Assembly (NCBI RefSeq): GCF_009914755.1
Contig: NC_060944.1
Reading direction: 5' to 3' (one strand)
Source: the human T2T-CHM13v2.0 reference genome, Homo sapiens
DNA: 64,000 nucleotides
Shown here one piece after another: positions 1 to 17,870 of this stretch. The notes under the pieces were generated by a model. That model was given only the letters and a program-made list of their open reading frames with translations. It was not told the DNA's origin and made no database searches. Made by a program: the position numbers and the translations under genes. Each line of letters opens with the position of its first letter. Positions within the stretch are counted from its first letter, which is position 1.

Positions 1-1083
1 TGCCAGCCAGTCTCAAGAAGAGAAGTGAAATGAAGCTTTCTAAGTCCAAGGGCCTGCTTTTTACAGCTCATCAGGCTTAGGGCAATTGCCAAAAAGGGAA
101 AAAAAAGATCCCCATTAGGCACAACCTAAGTATTTTTAATTTTAAAAAGTCAGTAAAAGAAAAAGAGTCCAGAATCCAGTTTTTGTGGCAGCAAGTACAT
201 CATTTGAATTTGTTTTTAGTTTAAAATTGTTATGCCTTATGTTTTAAGTTTAATGTTCATTTGAGTGAGTACTTTAAGTGTTGCTATCATATTCAGTGTC
301 CATAAGTTTGTGAAAATGCTTAAAAAGCCATCAAAGTTTTTGTGAGACAACTGAGAGAAACTTAGTTTGGAATGTTTCCCTGATTTATTTATTACTTTTC
401 AGAAAGTACATTACAATCAAGCAGGTATTACCCTAATCGAAAGAAATATATACCACTGGAGCTTGAAAGGGTAATTTTTTTTGGTTTTCCCAAGTTTTAT
501 TGCAATAATTCAATTTATGATAATCAATAAAATGTGTGAGCCAAGTTTATTGAGGTGTCAACTTCCCATTGCATAATTTCCCCTGAGAATCTTAATTTTT
601 AATTCAAAAAGAAAGTGGAAGATTTGTCGTACAGATGCCAATGAATGTGTGGGGTTAAGGAAAGCACAAGACCCTTTACAGAAATCAAAGTGGGGTTTAA
701 AACAATTCCCTTATCACTTCTTCCCATATCCTTTAGCTCACCATTAATTTTCCAGGGGAATAAGTTCTTGAAATGGTCAAGATGTAGGTCTTTTTCCTAG
801 ATTGCTGAAAGAGATATTGGACAGTAAGATCTGGTCAACAGTCAAGAGTATTCAGGGGTGGAGAATATTATGGTTGGCTTACAAATGTCGGACAATAAAA
901 GGAAGTAAGTCTATAGTTTGACTATAGGCTTAATTTACGACCATACATACACCAGTGTTAAAATAGAAGGTGAGTCCTCATGGACTTAAGAAATGAGGCT
1001 AAAAGCCCAACTAATGAAGATGAAGACATTTATTGGTAACATGCAGATTTTTTTCTTTTTTGGTAATGGTTATATAATAAATA

Positions 1084-1587
1084 CATTAGATTGGTCACAA
1101 AAATATCCTGATTCTTTGCCCCTCTCTATATCTGATCTCTTTGCAATGTAAACTTTTAGCTCTGCCCATCAAGAGGGAAGTCTATCTCCCCAGCCCTTGA
1201 ATCTGGATTGACCTTGTGACTTGTTTGGCCAAGAGAAGAATACAGGAGAAGTGACCGTGTGCCAATTCCAAGCCTAGGCTTCAAAGGGCCTTGTGCATTT
1301 TTATACCACGTGGCAGAACCCTACCCAACCACTGTTAAACAAGTCTAAACTAGGCTTGTGGAAGATGAGAGACCACATTCAGCAGAGATAAGTTTTTGTA
1401 GCTGAGGGCATCCTAAACTAGCCAGTTTCCAACCAACTGAGTAGTTGACCACAGACAAATGAGTGAAAGCAGTCAAGGCAAGAACCACGCAGCTGACTGG
1501 TAGACTTGTGCCCAATGATAAACACTGATGGTTTTAAAACACTGAATCTGGTGGTGGTTTGTTACACAGAAATAGCTAACTGATACA
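1084..1587 (+). mobile_element. MaLR solo LTR, MLT1F/G-like
   Basis: MLT1 motifs CCCTTGAATCTGG..GTGACTTG..GGCCAA, CCAAGCCTAGGC and terminus GGTGGTTTGTTAC..AATAGCTAACTGATACA; 5' boundary approximate. Confidence 0.8.
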
Positions 1588-1764
1588 ATGTATGAGTCAT
1601 ATATTTAGGAACTAACATCAGACCTGATTTCTGGATTCTAGATACTAAGAATTAATAATATAAAAACCACCATTTACTGATTGAGCACTAACTAGGTATG
1701 AAGCGATGAGCTAAATGTCTTTTCTGCTCTGTGATGAATGACACCCTTAGGGGTTCACATTTGG

Positions 1765-2221
1765 TACTATGAGTTGAAATGCCGAGATGGTGAAATTCTG
1801 ACCCCCAGTACCTAAGAGTGTAAACTTATTTGGAAATAGGGCTTTACAGAGGTAATCAAGTTAAAATGAGGTCATTAAGGTAGACTCTAATCAATATGAC
1901 TGGCTGTCTTATAAACAAGCAAGATTTGAACACAAAACCGGAGACACAGGAAAGATGATGTAAAATTACATGGGGAGAAGATGGTCATGTGACTGGAGAT
2001 ATGCATCCATAAGCCAAGGAATGACAAGGGTTGCAGGTTAAACACCAGAAGCTAAAGGAGGCAAGGAAAGGCTCTCCCCTAGAACTACCAGACAAAGCAT
2101 GGCCCTGCCAATACCTTAATTTTGGGTTTCTAGCCTCCAAAGGTATGAGATGATAAACTCTATTGTTTTATGCCGCCTAGCTTTTGCTACTTTGTTATGG
2201 TGCTCCTAGGAAAATAATACA
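1765..2221 (+). mobile_element. MaLR solo LTR, MLT1B/C-like
   Basis: TTATTTGGAAATAGGG, AAGTTAAAATGAGGTCAT, AAGCCAAGGAA, CACCAGAAGCT, GGCCCTGCCAATACCTT; ends CCTAGGAAAATAATACA. Confidence 0.85.
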
Positions 2222-2914
2222 GGGGCAATGGAGGAATTGGCAGCTCACATTTAAATTATAAAGCAATTTCTAATGTTCAAGGACTATGTGGTTGCATGAG
2301 TGAAATAATTTATCTCAATGTACAAGATATATTATCTGTTTATCATTAAGTAGATAATTTTTATGCATGAATCATCAGATAAGTTAACATTGACTCACAG
2401 ATCTGATCTTACACAATTGCTAGTGCTGGTCTAGAACATGTATTTTTAAATCATCTGATTTCATTTGCACTACTGTAGAGTTTTGTTTGTTTTTAAATAA
2501 GATGTAGACCCAAGATACCAAACTAAAGGACTACTAGGCCAGCGACCATTTGACAAAGCCAGGATATTACTTCTGAGGTGGAAATAACAAAATGACTTCA
2601 CAGAGGGAAGTGGAAGTATGTGGATTTCAGAGTTTGAATATGCCAGTGTTCATAGATCCACAAAGAGATATAAATATATATGATAGTAAAGAACTAAGTT
2701 TTTTCCCTAAAGATCAGACTATTACATGAAAGAAAACAATTCTTTTTACACTTAAAGATGGGCTACACATTTTTTTATCCCAGGGCCAACACACTGTTGA
2801 AGTCAACATATTCTGTTTCATCCCGGACAAGCCAGCCCCACTGATGTCAAGCACACAACCTTCTTACCTCAAGCTTTTAAATAGTATTCTGCCTGAAATA
2901 CTCTTCTGCAAATA

Positions 2915-3160
2915 TTGGCTGAATCCTTCACTGGGATTCAGGCCTCTGCTCAAATGTCATCTTATCAGAGGGATCTCTTATCTCCATCATTTTCTGTATG
3001 TTTATGCTAGGTTTCATGCAGACATTCATGTATGTGCACAAAAAATGAAATGTAAGCTTATGAGCAGGGGCTCTGTTTTGTTCACTTCTATATCTCTAGG
3101 GCCTAAAACACTGCCTGGAACTTAGGAAGTTCTCAATAAATACTTGAATAAATGAATGAT
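2915..3160 (+). mobile_element. L2 LINE 3' fragment
   Basis: CTCTGCTCAAATGTCA, TGTAAGCTTATGAGCAGG and L2 tail CTCAATAAATACTTGAATAAATGAATGA. Confidence 0.75.
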
Positions 3161-3589
3161 CTGAATTTTAAAAACCAAGAAATACTAGATGCCTGATTTC
3201 TGGCTGATTATTCTCCTTGTCTTTCAAACATTCTTAAACAAGATCATTTTCTTGGCCAAATGTGATATTTTTCTTAGACTTCTTCAGCCTTTCTTATTGT
3301 GCATCTGAATTGATGATTTGTCTGCCACAAGTAACTGCAAATGGAAACAGGTGGTTCACTTTCAATATGGCTAAACTTTCAGAGTATTTTTTTTGTATAT
3401 ATGAAAACACTTACAAAAGACTTACAATGCAGTACTCACTGGATTTATGGGCCACAGAGAATCTTAGAGATCTCAACATAAGGTCAGGACAATTTCATGG
3501 GGCTCACGGTGTCCTATGTTTACAAGCCACAGGCACCTTTCCCACATGCTCCCTTCCTGTTCTGATGTCACTTAGTTGATACATCATTA

Positions 3590-3690
3590 GGGCTGGAAGA
3601 GATCATAAAGATCATCTATTCTAATCTAACACCCTCATTTTACAGTTGAGAAAATAGATGAAGAACATGTATAAGGCTTTCTTAAATTCA
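3590..3690 (-). mobile_element. MIR fragment
   Basis: GATCATCTA..CCCTCATTTTACAGTTGAGAAAA MIR core. Confidence 0.55.
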
Positions 3691-4212
3691 TATGGAAAGT
3701 GCTGTTGTTTTATTGTGGCTATGATGGTGCACATGCCTGTGCCTCTGTGTTTGCGTGTGTGTGTATGTGTGTGTGATATGAAGTATAAGATGTTGCTAGA
3801 CGAAAATGGATAGAAACAAAACCCTAGTATTTTGAGAATATTGATACATCAGGTGATATATATGTCTAGTCTTAACAACTGAGTCTAACCTCTTTCGTTG
3901 GCAAAAACAGAAATGGAAGGTTGTGCCCAAGGCACTCAGGTTGTTAAGGGTATAGCCCCACAATGATACTGAGAAACTGGTCCAGCCTGTGTACTACCCG
4001 TTCACAGAAGATACTACAGTCTAGCAGTTCCAATTTCCATTCTCTTCCATTGTGATAAATTATTTTTTGTTTCAAATGCTGTTTCCCAATTCTTCCTCCA
4101 ATGGAAACAAGATCAACTGCTTGCTAATCTATTCTCTTCTCCAAGCTAAAAAGAACAAGATGTTCATGTTATTCTCCCTTCTCTAAAGTCTCATTCTTGA
4201 TAGTATCTTTCT

Positions 4213-6960
<2,748 letters not shown>

Positions 6961-8132
6961 TGATAGTATCTTTCTAATGTTGATCTTAGTGGGAATCAGC
7001 AAAAATTGATAATAATCTGATTAAATGCATTTGGAGGACTGTCTTATGATTCCCATATATGCATTCTAATATGTCATTTTTTTTAAGAACAGAAACGTAG
7101 CTGACATACACTTAACTTATAGAAATATTTTTAAGTTTTCTTCCTAAAAGATAGCTCCATGAAAAGGCAGACTGATCAAATTTAAGACGATATTGAAGTT
7201 TGTGTCTAGCAATAATTCATTTCTCTGTTCTTTTCAACTAGTTCCTTTCCCTCACCCATCTTATTTTTTGTTAAAATAAAAACTTATGAGCTTTTGATGT
7301 CCACCATCAATTTAGACTTAATTGAAAGCCATTTTAAGTCTAATTCTTTGTGCAGATAATACCACAGCAGAGAATTATAAACAAAGCAATTACCACCATA
7401 ATAGACAGAAATAAATTGATTCTTTATTTTCATGTTTTGAACCAAATGCATGCATAATTTTTGCCTAATTGTAACCATGCTTTCATTAAAAAATATAACA
7501 GAGGGAGTGGCGTTTTTCCACCATGGTGTTTGGAAAATAGAGATCCCAAGCTAATTTCATTGATTTCCCAATGTCCTCAAATGAATGAAGAGGATGGCTT
7601 TTCCTTCCATATTTCCTCTCTCATTCTAGGAGCTTAAGGATCTAATATTGAGTATGGGCCAGGTAGCTTGCCGCCAAAGAGAGGTTCTCATTTGGCATTC
7701 ATGAAAAGTTCAGCAGGACTAGATGTGGGTGAGAGGCACCACTCACAGATGTGCTGGTGCACAGGCCATGCATCTGGGGACACTGATTCAGCTTTTCCAT
7801 AGATCCTGTACTCTTGAACAGTGCTCTCTCATTGATGTCTTATTTTAAGATATACGAAACATTTCTTAATAATATACACAAAAATGAGAAGGATAATCAG
7901 AATGCAAATTAGCAATATTTGAGAAAGCAAAATAAAAAAGAAATTAATGAAAATTCAATGGAATGCATAAAACGGATCCAGGAATGGATCTAGTTTAACA
8001 AAAATATATCGTTTTTTTCTCAAATGCAAAGAAACTGATTGAGAAAAGAACTCTTCCAAATAAACATTCAAGAATTATCTCAAGAACTCTCCAAAAATTT
8101 AAAATGCTCAATTTATCATCTCATATAGACCC

Positions 8133-8295
8133 TTATTGCCCAAAATGTGGTCCTCGTACCAACAGCACTGGCCTCACCTTAGAGCTTGTTAGAAATGCAG
8201 GATCTCAGGGCTCACCTCATCCTTACTTAATGAGAATCAGCAGTTTAACATGTTCCCCAGGGGATTTGTGTACACTGAAGTTTGAGATGCCTTGG
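8133..8295 (+). mobile_element. MER5A-type hAT-Charlie MITE
   Basis: TGTGGTCC..ACCAACAGCA..GAGCTTGTTAGAAATGCAG..AAGTTTGAGA. Confidence 0.75.
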
Positions 8296-8681
8296 ACCAC
8301 AACATCCTTAGATTTGACACACTTCTGGAAGCATGATTCTCCAATCCATTCACCATATCTTCCAGATATGGTGATGGATTCTTGACACAATCATTCTATG
8401 AGTTTTGTTGATGTGACTTAATCCAGAAGTAGATATCAGAGATTATCCATTTGTGCAGACAACCTGCCCACCCTTTAGACAATCTCCACAAATGTAGCTT
8501 CTCACAGGCAAGATCTTATATCTTGAAGAATTATAATTTTCTCGGCCAAGGGCCTGGACTGGACTGAATTATATTTTCAGGGTCTTCAACAACCTAGGGA
8601 GCCTGATGGGGACATGGGTATATACAGAAGTTCTTTCGGCCTCTAGCACAGAAGTAGGCAGGGCCAAAGCTCTTCTTAGAA

Positions 8682-8955
8682 ACGTGTTTTTAAAATTCTA
8701 GATGGAAAACCATAGATGGCACATAAAATTAATATTGTGGGCCATAACCAACATGGAAAAATAAAATAGAATAGCCAAGAACAGAGAGAAATGAAATAAA
8801 ATAAAATAGAAAATATAAGAGCGAGACTTATAGCAAGGAAAGGTTTTTGTTAAATTTAATGTTCCAATTATACATATATGTGTATGCATGTACCGAGTCT
8901 CAATGTAACACAGTTTTCTTTCACTGGGCACCAGTCTAAAGTGTGGAAATCATTG
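8682..8955. mobile_element. hAT-Charlie-like MITE, subfamily uncertain
   Basis: Degenerate TIR-like ends (GTGTTTTTAAAA / GTGTGGAAATCATTG) and internal AAATAGAATAG..GAAAATATAAGAG. Confidence 0.5.
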
Positions 8956-10672
8956 CCTTAGGATATACTTTTGAATACACTCTTATGGAGAGACATATTA
9001 GAAATGTTCACTCACTGAATGTTAAGGGAAAAAAGGCTTAATTTCTAATATTTATAGGTTATATTTTATATTATAATCTTCAGATGAAAATCTATAATGT
9101 TATGTGTTGTGATGTTTCACCAAAATTAATATTCACAGTTTATACAAAGATCATAAAAATAAATTCATCATTAACATAATGTTTCCTCAGACACATGAGT
9201 GCCTAGTTTAATTTTGGAAATATGAGGTTTGAGTATGAAACAGAATTTTGGAAATGCTGGTGCTCATGATTCCTGAATTGCAATAGCCACTGACAAAAGT
9301 ATCATGTCCAATTTCTAAGAAGAAAGCCAGATTTAAAGACCCCTCCACAAAACTCCCTGAGCATGAAATCTCTTCTAAAAATCAACATTTTATTAATTGA
9401 GGGTAAAAGCATTGAAAAGATGCTTATTTGACTTGCCATCAGGTTCACATGAGGTAATTTAATGGCAAGAAGTATTCTGAATTTTTTAAAAGAAAATTTG
9501 TAGAGAACAGCACAGAGAATTCTCTTTTACCACAGGGAAGTTCTTTCTCATAAAAGTAAAGGGAAATCATTTATGCCTACAGCTTTGAATTCATGTACCA
9601 AATGCACGTGGAATTCAGATTTTCACTCTGTTCTCTTTAAAAGAGCTATTTTACAGGAATATGAGCTGAGAGGCAATATGGTACTATGTTTATAACTAGG
9701 AGCTTGTGTATAAAAAGTTGTTTTAAAATATAAAATAGTATCAGAACCAGTTTAGTAAGTACTCATTTAAATAAATTAAGATTCATTGGATTTTCCTAAT
9801 CTATAGTATTTGGAAGAGTCATTTTATTTCCTTCTCTAAAAGTTCAATGCTTGTTTTTTAGTAAACATTCTAGATTAATATGTATTCATACATTTTACTT
9901 ATGTCCTCATACATATTTAACTTGATTCTTAATTTAAATTCTGAAAATAATCTATACATGCTGTTAATTAGGCAAAATCAGTACAGATGTTTGCTATACT
10001 TGATTTTTTTAACAGCTAATAACTTCGGAAAAGTTTCCAGAGGATAGGTAGATAATATAGTCTAGATGTTTTTGCATTCTATGTATCAAGGTGACATCAG
10101 AGAAACTTCTATGGAAGATGCATACAAATGATGTTAAAATTGTTTCAATTTATATTTGCTGGTTAAACTAACTTCTACTGAAAGAAATTTTCTTTATGGC
10201 ACATGGGAATAAACACTCTGGCTGAACTATTAACAATGCAGAAACACAACAGTTTAAGAAGAGGAGCATTAAAACAATCTGATTTGGGCTTTACAGGATG
10301 GAGAAATTCTTGAGGGAGCCAAAGGATAATCATATATTCTAAAATACAGGTGATCTTCTGTATATCTAGTCATAGTTTAAAATTATTTAAGCTACTTATT
10401 AAACATGATTCAGAACTTTACCATCTAAGCAAAAAAACATACAAACACTTCTGCTCCCTGGCAGGACAGAAAAAAGTTATGATAGTACACCACTCACTGA
10501 GGTCAGAGGCCTAAAATAGCCAGCTATAATCCTTTCTGGTAGACTTGCAAATAAATTATATTTACCATATTAGAAAAAGGATTGCCTTTCTGATTAGAAG
10601 TGAAAGGACAGTTATGCAATGAGTATGAAGAGTTGACTCTTGAAGATAGATGCCAATTGCTTTTTAATATGG

Positions 10673-10680
10673 TGTGTGTG

Positions 10681-10714
<34 letters not shown>
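10673..10714 (+). repeat. (TG)n microsatellite
   Basis: Interrupted TG run. Confidence 0.95.
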
Positions 10715-10715
<1 letters not shown>

Positions 10716-11973
10716 ACGCATTAAGAATAGCATGATTTTCTGGGTTTCTCCTAAAGAGAAGTTTAATTTGTTAAGTGTCTAAGTTAAATTGGGATGCCTG
10801 TACTTCATGGACCTATGGAGACATAATTGTGCCTGGGACAGGATGAGTAATTTTCAGGTTTAAGCCTCCTTTGAGTATTTGGATGCATTGGTGATTGTAA
10901 TTACTGCTCACAGCTGAAAGGTTGAAAAGCCCCAGTGAACAATTCATTCATTGTCTTGTTCACATCTGGGTTAATGTTTCCTTCTTGGAGAACTCTGTAC
11001 CAGTCTGTTTTTTGCTTCTTGCCACAAGATAGCAATGCCAATTTCTCTCTGTTTACTTGGAAGATCTTGAGGCTGATGCATCAGTGCTAGCCACAAATTA
11101 ATGGAATTCTTTCCAGCTGCAATGTTTTCAAATCATCAAACAATAAGCCAGAAACACCGAACTGCTTTGGCTGTTTTTCTCTTAATTGTGTGCCATTCTC
11201 AGAGATGATGTAAACACAGTTACTAGTTGAAATGACCATAATATCTAAGGTATTCTAAAGAAATAGATGACAATTTTATGGAACGCAGTTTTTCAAAAAA
11301 CAATTCGTTGTAGTCTGAAGCCAGATGGCATATCATCTCATAAGAGAGAGTATTAGAAAAAGCAAAAGTGCTCACACTTAACAGAAAGGTACAGAGGTCA
11401 AGATCTGAAGTGAGGAATCCAATTTCCTTCTTTGGCTTACGTCTGGCCTGTGTTCTTAGAGTTAGCAGTGTCATTTCAGCTCTGCATTGAGATTAACCTT
11501 TGGCAAAGGATTCTGTTGGGGAAGATGCTGTGGCAGGCTCCCAGTGTCCATCTCAAAGTGTAGGCTGAGTTTGAAGCCAGATCACCTGGTTAGTCTGAGA
11601 ACAGAACATATGATGAATCCAACCATTATGTTCCAAATATGTTCCAAATAAAAGGAGTCAGAAGATACATGGACAACCGAGGCAGTCTCAGCATTCCTAT
11701 GGCCTTAAGTTGGGAAAAGAAACAAAACAAAACACATGAACTAATATGGCTGAACTGAAAGGCTCTTTGGAATGGCAACTTTTGACCCTTGAGTCTTAAA
11801 ATGTCTGTTGACTCATCTCATAACTTTGTACCAAATTGGCAGTCTCAACATATTTGTTGGATAGATTTCCTTCTAACGTTAATTTGACTCTCAGTTCACT
11901 TTCTTTGAATCAATCAAAAGCTTCTCCACTTTTCAAGAAGTTCAAGTTGGTATCTATGACTTTGGCCATAGAG

Positions 11974-12605
11974 TAGTAGTGTTCCACTTGGCCTGTACTT
12001 TAGAATTGTCTGAGGAGATGTGTGTTAAATTACATTAAATTTGGCCTAATCTTCCTCTTTATCTTGGCTCTGTACATAGCAAATTGCAACCTAACTTGGT
12101 GTGTAAACAAACTGTGACATTACTTAAGAGCACATTCTTGTGACAAGTAGCTGAGTCTCAAACAATCACAGCAACCAAACTGCATCCAATCACAGACTGC
12201 CAACTAATCAGACTATGTCCCTAGATGACAAATGCCTCATCACACCATGTCCAAATAAGGCTAATGCCAAACTGTAACCAATCAAGCTGTTTCCACATTT
12301 TACTTCCTTTTTTTTTTTTTTTGTCCATACATACTTGCCTGCTTCTACTGCTAGGTGGAGCTCTCTGAAATTCTACTGGTTAAGGGTGCTGCCCAATTCA
12401 TGAATTTTTCTTTGCTCAAAAAAAAAAAATGCTGCTAAATTTAATTGGTCAAAAGTTTTGTCTTTTAACGTGTATGTAATATTTGTGCTGGAGTCACACT
12501 CACAGAGATTCAGATTCAATCATTTTGGGGTGAGGCCTGTTTATCAATATTCTTTATTAGCATCTCAAATGATTCTAATGTCTAGCAAAGATTAGAAATT
12601 GCTAC
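11974..12605. mobile_element. MER5B MITE split by a MER57 LTR
   Basis: Left piece CACTTGGCCTGTACTTTAGAATTG; right piece CAGAGATTCAGATTCAATC..GGGGTGAGGCCTG..TGATTCTAATGT. Confidence 0.65.
12023..12470 (+). mobile_element. ERV1 solo LTR, MER57 family
   Basis: TGTTAAA...TTTTAAC(G) termini; GCAACCTAACTT, TAGCTGAGTCT, CAAATAAGGC, TGTAACCAATC, GCTGCCCAATTCATGAAT; near-TSD TGTG/TGTA. Confidence 0.85.
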
Positions 12606-14824
12606 TCTAAAAGAAATCCGAAACACCTGAAATACTGATGTAATTGAAAGGTGATTGAAATAAAGAATTTTAACTAATTTTGTGTGTATGCTTGTGTACA
12701 TTCTTAATTTTTATCTTATACATAAATTTTATACTTAATTTTTATGCTTGTGTATATACTTAACTTTTTATCCCCAAGAAGTCACCTTTCTATCAAGAAA
12801 TATTAATATCATAAGGTCTAGGTGCAAATATACCTAGAAAATTGTTTACTTGTAGGAATTTAATTTTAAAATGTCTTCAAATAGTTTAAAATCCAAGGTA
12901 TGTACATATATGCACAGTTTAGAACAGCAAGAATAATAGTGTGAATTTATTTAACCTCACTAGTTTCAGTGAATTTCATAACTTAACATTATACGTGTCT
13001 GTTAGTAGGGGTAGGGATTTGGACAAAAATATAAAAGAAGTATGTGCTGTAGTTGCTGCATTGGAAAAAATGATTAATGTTTTGCAAGAGGGAGATAAGA
13101 TATATACATAAAATAATTACACAGAAGTCAAGTATAAATAGTCTAGAATAGAAATAAAATTGTGCCAGAATTTGCAACGCAAGTGAACTCGTTTTCCCTT
13201 GAGCTCATACTCTTTTCATTAGTGTTATTGATTGAGGAAAGAAACAAAATATGTTGACTCTATGAAAAACTGGAAGTTTAGAAAGTTCAAGATTATTATT
13301 TATTTATTAGTAACAGAAGAAAATAATCACCATATAAAAGCTCTAAGGAAAGAAAAAAGAAGTGAGCACATGCAAAGCGTGGATGAATAGAATAGTTGCT
13401 GGAAAATGTAACAATCCTGAAATTTGATGATGTTGGGCAATCTGGTCCTGTCTAAAATATCTGCCAGGCAGAAATTCTTCTTTCAAGCCTGAGTTTGATG
13501 AAATCATATGGTTATAAATCAAGTCCAGAAATGGAAATTAGCAAATGGACCACATCCTCCAAATGGTTTTGAAAAACTATTCTGCCTTTCTCAGGAAGAA
13601 ATGTCTGATTATGCATGATCTATCATTTTCAATTCTACAACATAATTCAAATCAACAGTCTTTTCAGCAACCACCTAAGCTTTTGAATGCTCAAAAATTT
13701 AATTAAGGATCATGAGAAAGTGGTCACTTGATTTACAAGCATTTTCTCAATATCACAAATCTAAGATCCTCCTCTTCCACTATAGACATGCCATCCTTTC
13801 TTTCATCAGTGCCTTATCGATTATGAAAATGTATTGATTAATGACTTTGGTAGGGAGAATTTGATAAATGTATTAAGTTATACTCTGGCTTCTCAATCCC
13901 CTTGAGGGTTTTTGACTAATGGAAATGTCATTGGTACTTCTTTCTACAAAATATCCTTAATTATCAATTATCTCTACAAAGTACTCTCCTCTACCTGGAA
14001 CATCCACTGGTCTCACTGTTCTTCCTCCTTCTAGTAAGCTCCCACACATCTTGTAGGATTTAGATCTAATAATATCTTCTCTGTAAAGTTTCCCTAGGAC
14101 TCACCCACATCTGATAGAGTTACCTTCTTTGTACTTGCTATATAGCAAACTGTTGTGAAACAAATTATGTTATATTTTAATTATTTCTTTATGTGTGAAT
14201 CCTGATTTCTCTGTTTTAGTAAGATTATGATTTCAAGTTCTGTCTAAGTTATATGTTAATTTAATTCATCTTCATGTAAGTAACCCCGCTCACTGTAGAC
14301 AAAATAGAAACTAAACAGAAACAAAAAGAAAAATACACCCATAACCCCATCAACCACAGATAACTAAATAAAATAAATACTTAGTGTATTTACTTCCAGA
14401 AATCCATCTGGTTCTTTTGAGTTTAGACTTTTTTTTCAGATATTTGCTCTTTTAAACAATATTTGATTAATATCTTTGTATGTGCACCCGAGCATACTTA
14501 TTTAGTTGTTTTCTTCAGCTAAATGTTGAGATGGAAAGCTTCTGAATCAAATGATATGAATTTTTTTAACCATTCTGATTTATATTCCAAACTGACATCT
14601 TGAAATGTTATTCTGATTACTCTCTCTTTAGTGAATGAAAGTTCCCATGCACTGTGGAGATATTGTTTACGTTTTTGTCTTAGTTGAAGGGAAGAGGAAC
14701 ATTTTTTATTCATTTTGCATTTCCAGTTCCTGTAGCAGTAAAGGAAGAAAGGTGAACTTATTTTTATTGTCAGGGCAGTGTACCTGATCTCAGTTTTTTA
14801 AGCCAGGAGTTGCTTAGAAAGCAG

Positions 14825-15310
14825 ATTGATTGCTGGCTCCATTAATCCACATCCTCTTCTATATCTTTACCTTGTGGTTGCCTCATGGAGGGCATATTTC
14901 ATTTTTCCTCCCTTTGATTTGGGACTCAGCCCTGGCTTTGTCCATTGTCATGTAGAAATGCCAACTTGCCATTTCCAGCCTAGTTTCATAGGTTTTCATT
15001 TGCCTTATGTTTTTGCCATTGTCAGAAGAAGCATATTCCCCAAGCCATAGCTGCCTGTTTGTCTGAGCTGCAGAAGGAAACATGGAAAAAGACATGACAA
15101 GCTATATCTGCAGGCTATATCTAAATTCTCTCACCCACCTGCCCCATGAATCAGAATCCTCCATGGACTCCACAGGCTAAACTGCCCCAAGAGTCCAGTA
15201 TAGATGGATGAAGCCTCAGCTGACCTGTAATCATGTGTGAGTTATAAGTTTATTGCTGCTTTAAGTTACTGACCTTTGGGGTGGTTTATGCAATATTGTT
15301 GTCATTTTTC
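14825..15310 (+). mobile_element. Old MaLR LTR, MLT1H/I-like
   Basis: CCTTTGATTTGGGACTCAGCC, TTCCAGCCTAG, CAGCTGACCTG, TTTAAGTTACTGA..TTTGGGGTGGTT. Confidence 0.65.
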
Positions 15311-15464
15311 CGATGAAATGTTCCCATGGCTATAGACAACTCTCTGTTTTCCTTCAGATCTACCCAACTACAAAAGAGCTCCATAAAGTCCAGTGGTCAC
15401 CTTTTCTACTCTGTCTTTTGGACTCAGGGACTTACGACATCATTTGGATAACAAGACCTCATGA

Positions 15465-15735
15465 ACTTCTCAGTGGAAAGACAATGAGTTTCTGGAAAGA
15501 AATTGGTTTAAATATTGCCTCTGCCCACTGTAGTTCTGTGACACTTAACATTTCACTTAATGTATCTGATTTTTAGTTTCCTCTCTCTAAAATGAAGGTA
15601 ATAAAAGCCTTATCTCATGGGGCTATGGTGAAAATCAAAATATAAGGTATACAAAAAGCATTCTTAAATGCTAGTCAACTCATCTAAGTATGCTTTTTGT
15701 GAAAAACTTAGTATTTAGTAATAATAGGTGCTTAG
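15465..15735 (+). mobile_element. MIR
   Basis: CTGTGACACTT..CACTTAA..AGTTTCCTCTCTCTAAAATGAAGGTAATAA. Confidence 0.7.
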
Positions 15736-15762
15736 TACATTTACATATTTGCATAATAGGTT

Positions 15763-17870
<2,108 letters not shown>

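Noticed and set aside
11627-12772. Small direct repeats (TATGTTCCAAA x2 at 11627-11648; ~30-bp imperfect repeat at 12687-12772)
   Set aside because: Ordinary slippage duplications in AT-rich DNA
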